DNA of 64,000 nucleotides from a virus. Positions 19,386 through 27,499 of the stretch are shown here, in pieces. The translations under genes and the position numbers were made by a program. The stretch's first letter is position 1. Every line of letters starts with the position of its first letter. A model generated the notes under the pieces. That model was given only the letters and a program-made list of their open reading frames with translations, had not been told where the DNA came from and did not search any database. The stretch is from the IMG/VR virus record IMGVR_UViG_3300025849_000009. One strand, written 5' to 3'.

Positions 19386-22300
19386 TTACCAAGCACAATC
19401 ACGCTCAGAATAACATATAGAACGAAAATCGCAATAATCTTCTGGACTACACAGTTGTTCTTTGTTATTATGTGTTAAAATTCCATTTGCAAAGAATGTA
19501 TCATTAGGTTCTACATCTAATTTATAAACAGTATATTGATTAACTTCATCTATTTCTAAAGATTCTATCAGAAATTCTCCATAATCCATTTTAAACATAA
19601 CATCACCAATCTCTAGGTGCTCCGCTAGTTTTGCTTGCCACATACCATCTCTTTTTATAATATGTATATGTGCCATGGTAGTTCTTAATTGGTCATTATT
19701 TATGCTAACTGTTCCTATAACGTCTGCTCTCCAAATACCGGAAACATTATGTTCATTAGATAATGTATTTGTGTATACTTCTTCTTCCCTAATTGTTGGT
19801 AATACAGTCATGTCATCTGTATTAAATGCTCCATCCATAGTTAAAATACTCTGGCCATGCACTAACGTTTCAACTGGTCTTTGTATTCCTTCAGCAATAT
19901 GTACTAGTGTTCCTTCAACTATACATTCCTCTATTGTGCTTCTAGATGTTCCACGAGATGTGTTGACATACAATGCTGTATTGTAACTTGTGATATATGA
20001 AACTGATGTATTCCAGGAAGTTATTTGCCCTGCACCACCACCTGAACTATTATCTGCAGGAACTAAAGTAATCCATGTTGTTGTTTTAGTTGTTGATCTA
20101 GAATATCCTGTAGAAACCTTTGTAATAGTTGACTTACTTGTATTTCTGTCAGTTACCCTAGAAGTTGCAAACCTAGTATTAGTAGATTTACTAGTTGCAA
20201 AAGTGGTCGTGTACGTCGTTGTCGTCGATCTACTAGTTGCAAATGTCGTTGTCGTCGATCTACTAGTTGCAAATGTTGTTGTTGTATTTCTACTAGTGAT
20301 CCAGTAAGTTGTCCATGCAGTTGTCGTCGATTTACTAGTTGACCAAGTTGTTGTTGTCGATCTACTAGTTGCAAATGTCGTTGTCGTCGTATGCTCTGTG
20401 CTTCTACTAGTACTAAATGTAGTCGTTGTAGATCTACTAGTTGCAAATGTTGTTGTTGTATTTCTACTAGTTCCTCGAGTCGTACCAAAAGTGGTCGTTG
20501 TTGATTTAGTTGTGTTGAACGTCGTCGTTGTTGACCTAGTTGTATTCCAAGATGTATTGTATACAGTCGTGGTTGCACGCGTTGTGTTCCAATTAGTTGT
20601 AGTAGATTTACTAGTAGCAAATGTTGTTGTGGTAGAATGCTCTGTGCCTCTACTAGTACTAAATGTAGTCGTTGTTGATTTAGTTGTGTTCCACGTCGTC
20701 GTCGTAGCTCTAGTTGTATTCCAAGATGTATTGAACACTGTAGTTGTAGACTGACTTGTATTCCATGTAGTCGTTGTTGATCTAGTTGTATTGTATACGG
20801 TCGTTGTTGATCTAGTTGTATTCCATGTTGTTTTAAATGTAGTCGTTGTAGACTGACTTGTATTCCATGTAGTCGTTGTTGATCTAGTTGTATTATATAC
20901 GGTCGTTGTTGATTTAGTTGTATTCCAAGATGTATTGTATACAGTCGTTGTTGCTCTAGTTGTGTTCCACGTCGTCGTTGTTGATCTAGTTGTGTTCCAT
21001 CGTGTTGTTGTTGACTTACTAGTAGACTGATTTGTGTTAAATGTTGTTGTCGTCGATTTACTAGTAGCAAATGTTGTTGTGGTAGATTTACTAGTTGACC
21101 ATGTTGTATTAAACGTAGTCGTTGTGTTTTTGGACGTTGATTTGGAAGTCAACACAGTTGTGTTCCATGAAGTTGTCCATGAAGTTGTAGTAGCTCTACT
21201 AGTTGACCACGTTGTATTAAATGTAGTTGTTGTAGATTTAGTCGTTGACTGACTTGTATTAAAGGTTGTACCAAATGTGGTTGTCCATGTAGTTGTCGTC
21301 GATTTACTAGTTGACCATGTTGTATTAAACGTAGTTGTTGTCGCATGCTCTGTGCTTCTACTAGTTACAAATGTTGTTGTTGTATTTCTACTAGTTGCTC
21401 TATTAGTTCCTCGACTTGTTACCCAAGTAGTTGTCCATGCAGTTGTTGTGGTGTGCGAAGTTGATTGACTAGTATTAAACGTAGTTGTTGTAGAACGATT
21501 CGTTGATCTAGTTGTATTCCATGAAGTAGTCCAAGCTGTGTCAAAAGTAGTAGTTGTAGATTTACTTGTTGACCATGTTGTTGTAAACGTAGTCGTTGTC
21601 GAATGTTCTGTTCCTCTACTTGTTACCCATGTTGTTGTGGTATTTTTACTAGTCGCCTTAGACGTTGATTTACTAGTAGACCAAGTTGTTGTCCATGTAG
21701 TTACTGTAGATTTACTTGTTGACTGACTTGTATTAAAAGTCGTTGTCGTAGATTTAGTAGTTGACCTAGAAGTTGACTTACTAGTTGACCAAGTTGTCGT
21801 AAATGTTGTTGTTGTTGATTTACTTGTTGACTGACTTGTATTAAAAGTTGTAGTTGTCGATTTACTAGTTACTTTACTTGTTGTTTGACTAGTGATCCAA
21901 GTTGTATTATATGTCGTTGTTGTCGAACGAGATGTTGATTGACTAGTACTAAACCTGGTCGTTGTTGAATGTTCAGTGCTTCTAGAAGTTATCTGAGATG
22001 TAATCCAAGTTGTATTATATGTAGTCGTTGTTGATCTAGATGTCGACTGATTTGTGTTAAATGTTGTTGTAGTACTACGATTAGTAGATCTTGTTGTCGT
22101 TTGACTAGTGATCCACGTTGTATTATACACTGTTGTTGTAGATCTATTAGTTGACCATGACGTTGTATATGTCGTAATATAAGAAGTTGTCGTTGATTTA
22201 CTTGTATTCCAAGAAGTTGTCCAATATGTAGTGTATGATGTAGTTGTACTTCTAGATGTGGATTGACTTGTGTTCCAGGTTGTTTCAACAGGATACAATG

Positions 22301-22736
22301 TGGATTGACTAGTTGTCCAACTAGTTGTCCATGTAGTAGTTGTAGCCCTCTCAGTTGATTGTGACGTGTTTTTAGAAGTCGACCATGTTGTTGTTGTAGT
22401 TCTATCAGTTTCTAAAGATGTTTCTCTAGAAGTGCTCCATGATGTAGTCCACGATGTTGTCGTTGATCTAGAAGTTGCATATACAGTATTAGTACTACGA
22501 GATGTATTGAAAGTTGTTGTTGTCGATTTACTAGTTGCCCATGTAGTGATCCATGTTGTCACCGTGGATTGACTAGTATTTCGTACTTTGTTAGTAGTTC
22601 TCGAAGTATTTCTATTTTCAGATGTAGTTTTGGAAGTAGCCCAAGTAGTATTCTTAGCTACGAGTGTACCCTTAGATGTATTCTGTGCACTTCCGGTACT
22701 CCAAAAGTCGATTCTTGAAAATCCTATATTCTTCAT
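19386..22736 (-). CDS. Thr-rich repeat protein, zipper strand P2 (937-aa repeat region + Hint domain + 26-aa Cys-rich tail)
   Basis: Same block grammar as P1; Hint domain CIVEGT...TTMAH...LDVE...GILTHN at aa 938-1090. Confidence 0.9.
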   Translation of the reverse strand: MKNIGFSRIDFWSTGSAQNTSKGTLVAKNTTWATSKTTSENRNTSRTTNKVRNTSQSTVTTWITTWATSKSTTTTFNTSRSTNTVYATSRSTTTSWTTSWSTSRETSLETDRTTTTTWSTSKNTSQSTERATTTTWTTSWTTSQSTLYPVETTWNTSQSTSRSTTTSYTTYWTTSWNTSKSTTTSYITTYTTSWSTNRSTTTVYNTTWITSQTTTRSTNRSTTTTFNTNQSTSRSTTTTYNTTWITSQITSRSTEHSTTTRFSTSQSTSRSTTTTYNTTWITSQTTSKVTSKSTTTTFNTSQSTSKSTTTTFTTTWSTSKSTSRSTTKSTTTTFNTSQSTSKSTVTTWTTTWSTSKSTSKATSKNTTTTWVTSRGTEHSTTTTFTTTWSTSKSTTTTFDTAWTTSWNTTRSTNRSTTTTFNTSQSTSHTTTTAWTTTWVTSRGTNRATSRNTTTTFVTSRSTEHATTTTFNTTWSTSKSTTTTWTTTFGTTFNTSQSTTKSTTTTFNTTWSTSRATTTSWTTSWNTTVLTSKSTSKNTTTTFNTTWSTSKSTTTTFATSKSTTTTFNTNQSTSKSTTTRWNTTRSTTTTWNTTRATTTVYNTSWNTTKSTTTVYNTTRSTTTTWNTSQSTTTTFKTTWNTTRSTTTVYNTTRSTTTTWNTSQSTTTVFNTSWNTTRATTTTWNTTKSTTTTFSTSRGTEHSTTTTFATSKSTTTNWNTTRATTTVYNTSWNTTRSTTTTFNTTKSTTTTFGTTRGTSRNTTTTFATSRSTTTTFSTSRSTEHTTTTTFATSRSTTTTWSTSKSTTTAWTTYWITSRNTTTTFATSRSTTTTFATSRSTTTTYTTTFATSKSTNTRFATSRVTDRNTSKSTITKVSTGYSRSTTKTTTWITLVPADNSSGGGAGQITSWNTSVSYITSYNTALYVNTSRGTSRSTIEECIVEGTLVHIAEGIQRPVETLVHGQSILTMDGAFNTDDMTVLPTIREEEVYTNTLSNEHNVSGIWRADVIGTVSINNDQLRTTMAHIHIIKRDGMWQAKLAEHLEIGDVMFKMDYGEFLIESLEIDEVNQYTVYKLDVEPNDTFFANGILTHNNKEQLCSPEDYCDFRSICYSERDCAW
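19467..19925 (-). other. Hint (intein-like/BIL) autoprocessing domain within P2
   Basis: Cys1, block-B TxxH, block-F Asp, terminal His-Asn; +1 residue Asn; no endonuclease. Confidence 0.88.
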
Positions 22737-22761
22737 ATTGTTCCTCTAATTTATTCTATTA

Positions 22762-25485
22762 TTACGCAAAATTTCCAATGTAGTTAACTAATACTGCGTC
22801 AACATCTATTATAATATATGATATAATAGATACTGCACCAGGAGTAGTTACCCATTGAATGTCAGCACCTGAGGGTGTTTTCATATAGGATGGTAATGCA
22901 TTGTATCCTGCACCTACACCATTATAGATTACTATAGTTCCAGATTGACCTACGTTGTCGTTACCTATGTTAGACATTGTAATATCAATTGATCCCGTTG
23001 CTGTAAATGCAAATGCGTCACCTTGATCAGGCTTAATGTCATAAACACCTCCAACACCGTTAACCGATATAATATCTCTTTTTAAAGCACCTGTTAAATA
23101 TAAATCATGATGCTCAACATTTGAATCTGTTTTTGTATGTTGATCCATTGCAGTTGCATAGGTATTAGAAGTACCAGTATTACCTTTTAAACCTGAAGAA
23201 CCTGAAGAACCACTTGATCCAGAAGATCCGTTAGTTCCATCAGTTCCTGAAGAACCTGAAGTTCCGTTTGTTCCTGAAGTTCCATTCGTTCCTGAAGTTC
23301 CATTCGTTCCTGAAGTTCCATTCGTTCCTGAAGAACCACTAGATCCACTTGAACCTGAAGTTCCGTTTGTTCCACTAGTTCCATCAGTTCCTGAAGAACC
23401 TGAAGTTCCGTTAGTTCCACTTGTACCGTCAGTTCCTGAACTTCCACTTGAACCTGAAGATCCGCTTGTACCATTCGTTCCACTTGTACCATTTGTACCA
23501 GACGTTCCATCAGTTCCTGAACTTCCACTTGATCCACTTGATCCTGAAGTTCCATCGGTTCCTGAAGTTCCGTTAGTTCCTGAAGTTCCATCAGTTCCTG
23601 AACTTCCACTTGAACCTGAACTTCCATCAGTTCCTGAAGAACCTGAACTTCCATTTGTTCCATTAGTCCCTGAAGAACCAGCTGGTCCTTGAATAGAACC
23701 GCCTCCAATCCAACCATCTGCTTGTGTAAATACCCAAAGAGAATCGTCTGATTGTACTATATATGCATCACCGTCAGAATTACCGCTTGTTGGTAAATTT
23801 GATGATGTAGCTACTTGTCCTTGCATTGAAACACCCCAACCTGGATTACCTTGTGCACCTGAAGATCCACTTGATCCAGAAGATCCACTAGAACCATCCG
23901 TTCCTGAAGAACCCGAACTTCCGTTTGTTCCATTCGTTCCACTTGTACCATTGATACCACTAGTTCCATCAGTTCCTGAACTTCCGTTTGTTCCACTTGT
24001 ACCGTCAGTTCCTGAAGAACCTGAACTTCCATTAGTTCCTGAAGTTCCATTCGTTCCTGAAGTTCCATTTGTTCCTGAAGTTCCATCAGTTCCTGAACTT
24101 CCACTTGAACCTGAAGATCCACTTGATCCGTTAGTTCCTGATGTTCCATTCGTTCCTGAAGTTCCATCAGTTCCTGAACTTCCATCAGTTCCTGAGCTTC
24201 CACTTGATCCGTCAGTTCCTGAAGTTCCATTCGTTCCTGAAGTTCCATCAGTTCCTGAAGTTCCATCAGTTCCTGAAGAACCGCTTGAACCCGAACTTCC
24301 ATTTGTTCCATCAGTTCCTGAACTTCCATTTGTTCCTGAAGTTCCATCAGTACCGCTTGTACCTGGAGCTCCTTTTTGTCCTTTAACACCGCTCGATCCA
24401 GAAGATCCGTTAGTTCCATTAATTGCTGGAGTTCCAGGAGCACCTTTAGCTCCGGTTGCACCAACGGGAATAGTAAAATCAAATTCAGCTGCAGTTGAGG
24501 TTCCAGTATTAGTAACACTTACTGGTGTATTTTCTAATCCAGTAGATACTGTTCCTACTGCAATTGTACCTGTAATTCCTGAAGATCCGCTTGAACCTGA
24601 ACTTCCGCTTGATCCATCAGTTCCTGATGTTCCAACATATACTACTCTACCTACAATTTCATTGCCATTTTGAGAATGAGTTAATATTAAATTATTTCCA
24701 GATAAAGTTGCTCCACTATAATTGTCACCTTTAACACCATCAACTCCACTTGTTCCATCCGTTCCTGAAGATCCACTAGAACCATCCGTTCCTGAAGTTC
24801 CGTTAGTTCCACTAGTACCATCAGTTCCTGAACTTCCACTTGATCCACTTGATCCTGAAGTTCCATCGGTTCCTGAAGTTCCGTTAGTTCCTGAACTTCC
24901 ACTTGAACCGTTTGTTCCCGAAGAACCTGAAGTCCCACTTACACCACTCGTTCCATCAGTTCCTGAACTTCCACTTGATCCATTTGATCCCGAGGTTCCT
25001 GATGTTCCAACATCACCAATAGGTTGAATAAACATAAATAAAGAATCATTATCACTAACATTATTCCAATTAGAACTTGAAATAGGTTGTAAGTTAAATG
25101 TTCTTTGTCCAGAAGCAGTTGTGTTTCCTGTTACATAGAATGATTTATTTGCATTACCATCAGTTGATTTTGCTAATACAATAATAGACTTATAACTATT
25201 AGATGAAGCGACTGCAGCATTTAATGTTACGGTTGCTGAACCACCTCTAGCATTAGTTTCACTTACAATTATTTTACTAGGATTACTAGGATTATCAAAC
25301 GCTAAATCACCAGAAGAAACTGTCGTGGGATTTGTTGCGTTATTATAAACATAAGGAAGTCCAAACGTATTTGGTAATTGTTGGTTTTCATACTTTCCGG
25401 TACTTGCATTATATGACAATACTTCACCAGTAGATGGAGAAGAAGATAAAAAGTCAAGTATTTGTTTTAATTTCAATTGAGACAT
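22762..25485 (-). CDS. Gly-X-Y (collagen-like, GTS/GTD/GSS) fibre protein
   Basis: Long G-X-Y runs between globular ends; GDAYIV knob. Confidence 0.85.
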   Translation of the reverse strand: MSQLKLKQILDFLSSSPSTGEVLSYNASTGKYENQQLPNTFGLPYVYNNATNPTTVSSGDLAFDNPSNPSKIIVSETNARGGSATVTLNAAVASSNSYKSIIVLAKSTDGNANKSFYVTGNTTASGQRTFNLQPISSSNWNNVSDNDSLFMFIQPIGDVGTSGTSGSNGSSGSSGTDGTSGVSGTSGSSGTNGSSGSSGTNGTSGTDGTSGSSGSSGSSGTDGTSGTNGTSGTDGSSGSSGTDGTSGVDGVKGDNYSGATLSGNNLILTHSQNGNEIVGRVVYVGTSGTDGSSGSSGSSGSSGITGTIAVGTVSTGLENTPVSVTNTGTSTAAEFDFTIPVGATGAKGAPGTPAINGTNGSSGSSGVKGQKGAPGTSGTDGTSGTNGSSGTDGTNGSSGSSGSSGTDGTSGTDGTSGTNGTSGTDGSSGSSGTDGSSGTDGTSGTNGTSGTNGSSGSSGSSGSSGTDGTSGTNGTSGTNGTSGTNGSSGSSGTDGTSGTNGSSGTDGTSGINGTSGTNGTNGSSGSSGTDGSSGSSGSSGSSGAQGNPGWGVSMQGQVATSSNLPTSGNSDGDAYIVQSDDSLWVFTQADGWIGGGSIQGPAGSSGTNGTNGSSGSSGTDGSSGSSGSSGTDGTSGTNGTSGTDGTSGSSGSSGSSGTDGTSGTNGTSGTNGTSGSSGSSGSSGTDGTSGTNGTSGSSGTDGTSGTNGTSGSSGSSGSSGTNGTSGTNGTSGTNGTSGTNGTSGSSGTDGTNGSSGSSGSSGSSGLKGNTGTSNTYATAMDQHTKTDSNVEHHDLYLTGALKRDIISVNGVGGVYDIKPDQGDAFAFTATGSIDITMSNIGNDNVGQSGTIVIYNGVGAGYNALPSYMKTPSGADIQWVTTPGAVSIISYIIIDVDAVLVNYIGNFA

Positions 25486-25571
25486 GAATGATTTATTCTT
25501 TTTTACGTTATATTATATATCTTGTTAATGTACCAACTTTTTAGTCCCTGGAAGAAACTAACAAAAAAACA

Positions 25572-26177
25572 TTATTTTTTATTAGTTAATAATGACATAA
25601 AATTAAGATGTTGTTTTAATATATCTAATTTTGAGTCATTGTTTGTTGTTTTATACCAGTTCCACGGTGTTGAATTTAATATATTTTCTTGTTTATTTTT
25701 TAGTTTTAATATACTTTCTTCTATAGATCTAATTTGATCATATGCCGAAGAAGGTAATTCTATTTCTAATTTAATTGCACATGTTATTAAACTTGCCCAA
25801 TCTTCAGTTTCATTGGCATCTACCAAATCCTCATATATCTTTTTATATTTATCTTTTTTATCATGTGAAATGTCATGTGTTAATTTATCAGGGTGACACT
25901 TTATGACCGATTTTCTAAATAATTTTTTAAAATCTGGGTGTTTATTAGTTTCTTTTTCTAAATCTTCCTCTTCTTTCTTACTATTTGCCCATGAATCAGC
26001 AGCATTTTCCATTTCTTCAGATTCTAATATACCATCATTATCAATTTCTGAAAGTTCTTGCATAAATTTATTTTTTATTTCAGAATTAGCAGTTTTTATA
26101 TCTTCTAAATCTTCTAATAAAAATTCATACTCTCTAATTAATCTTTTAAAAATTATTTTGTTAGGATCAATAGACAT
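25572..26177 (-). CDS. Protein with internal J-domain-like HPD motif
   Basis: KKLFRK..IKCHPDKL. Confidence 0.7.
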   Translation of the reverse strand: MSIDPNKIIFKRLIREYEFLLEDLEDIKTANSEIKNKFMQELSEIDNDGILESEEMENAADSWANSKKEEEDLEKETNKHPDFKKLFRKSVIKCHPDKLTHDISHDKKDKYKKIYEDLVDANETEDWASLITCAIKLEIELPSSAYDQIRSIEESILKLKNKQENILNSTPWNWYKTTNNDSKLDILKQHLNFMSLLTNKK

Positions 26178-26180
26178 ATA

Positions 26181-27392
26181 TTACTTATATAGATTTGTTT
26201 TCCAATCATATGTAGATCTTAGTTTATGATCCTTAATTCCCATTGTGGTTTCAATTAATTGTTTATATGTTTCTATTAAACCCTCGTTAAATACAGTATA
26301 TCTAGTTAAAACCCTTTCGCTATTTTCATTATATGCTTCTATGTTATTGTCATGATTTTCGATAGCCTGTTTAAGTTGTCGAGAACCCTGTCCAATTAAG
26401 TTACCATCATAATAATATCCGGCGTCCTTAATCATGTGTGCGTTATGTACTAGTGGAAACTGTAAATAGAGTGCGTCTAAGTATGAATAATTTAATGGAT
26501 TAGTATGTTGGTGTGCAATAACTACATCTGTTAATTGGGCCATAGCATCAATAGCTCTTAGTCTAGGGAGGTATGATAATTTATGATCTGTTGTTCCAGA
26601 TAATTTACATAATGAAAGGTGTGTTAATAAAGATTGATAATATTTGTTTTTTATAATGTCTTCACCACACATGATATTTAGTTTTTTAAATTTACCTCCT
26701 TTATTATAATAATCTTCTGCTATCAATAAATTTATAAAGTGCCATTTTTGTGTGCCAATATTGGGTTCAAAACATGCAATTTGTTTGTCTTTATTTTCTT
26801 TTCCAGGAACATACACTGGAACTGGTCTGTTTTCAATTATTGTCTTTGGATTATTATACACTTCACATGTTTTGTCTAAAAATACAGGATCCCATACAAA
26901 AGGAACGGGTCTTACTTTATTTACTGGTAAATTATGCATTACTCTATAATATTCAATATTATTTTCGCCCTGTTGTGGAACATACCACGCTTCGTCCAAT
27001 AATTGATTATATCCGGTAGCATCAGGTCCAATATTAAACATAGCACCCTCTAAATCATTCAGATAATTATTACCACAAATATATTTGACTACTTTTTTAC
27101 CATAACCTGTTTTCTTAAACTCCTCTATAGTTTTATCGCCGTAAGTTGCACCCAACCAAATCATAAGATCTGTATCTGCATACTTGTCATAGTAATCGTA
27201 TATTGGGAATTGTTCAATATCCCATGTTACTTTGTTCTCATAAGGAGCTTTGACTTCACTTGCATTTAATATGTATACATTATATCCTATTTCTTTCAAA
27301 GCTTTTAATAAATAAAGCGCATTTAGTTTTATACCATTTATCCAAAGACTTTCATTCTCTGATCCTAAACTTATAGTAATTCCTATATTCAT
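26181..27392 (-). CDS. DUF2827-like putative glycosyltransferase
   Basis: IGITI...SLWINGI, PFVWDP.F, FEPNI...K, HQ..NPLNY.YLD.LY..PLVHN....D.GYYY. Confidence 0.7.
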   Translation of the reverse strand: MNIGITISLGSENESLWINGIKLNALYLLKALKEIGYNVYILNASEVKAPYENKVTWDIEQFPIYDYYDKYADTDLMIWLGATYGDKTIEEFKKTGYGKKVVKYICGNNYLNDLEGAMFNIGPDATGYNQLLDEAWYVPQQGENNIEYYRVMHNLPVNKVRPVPFVWDPVFLDKTCEVYNNPKTIIENRPVPVYVPGKENKDKQIACFEPNIGTQKWHFINLLIAEDYYNKGGKFKKLNIMCGEDIIKNKYYQSLLTHLSLCKLSGTTDHKLSYLPRLRAIDAMAQLTDVVIAHQHTNPLNYSYLDALYLQFPLVHNAHMIKDAGYYYDGNLIGQGSRQLKQAIENHDNNIEAYNENSERVLTRYTVFNEGLIETYKQLIETTMGIKDHKLRSTYDWKTNLYK

Positions 27393-27429
27393 GTTGATAT
27401 TTGGTTTTTATTATATATTAGATTTAATT

Positions 27430-27459
27430 AAAAAGGCCCGCCCGATTGGGCGAGCCTTT
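27430..27459 (-). terminator. Intrinsic terminator
   Basis: AAAGGCTCGCCC-AATC-GGGCGGGCCTTT hairpin with T run. Confidence 0.85.
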
Positions 27460-27499
27460 AAAAAATTAATACTTAAATTAAGTATTGTAGATTGAGTTA

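Noticed and set aside
19467-19925. Selfish splicing intein
   Set aside because: No homing endonuclease, +1 residue is not Cys/Ser/Thr, and it lies near the C-terminus; the same applies to 56537-56992.
16488-22736. DNA inverted repeat or antisense coding as the cause of the P1/P2 mirror pattern
   Set aside because: Both genes are on the minus strand, the shared DNA tracts are direct repeats, and the antisense frames are Val-rich. The symmetry exists only at the protein level.
16488-22736. Ice-binding beta-solenoid or simple disordered mucin
   Set aside because: TxT arrays are present, but unit lengths vary (10, 14, 18, 22 aa), turn residues are scarce, and neither model explains the inter-protein complementarity. 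Not excluded as a secondary property.
16541-25027. Val-rich, Gln/Leu-rich and Pro/Val/Glu-rich alternative-frame ORFs
   Set aside because: Shadows of repetitive coding sequence that lacks stop codons in other frames.
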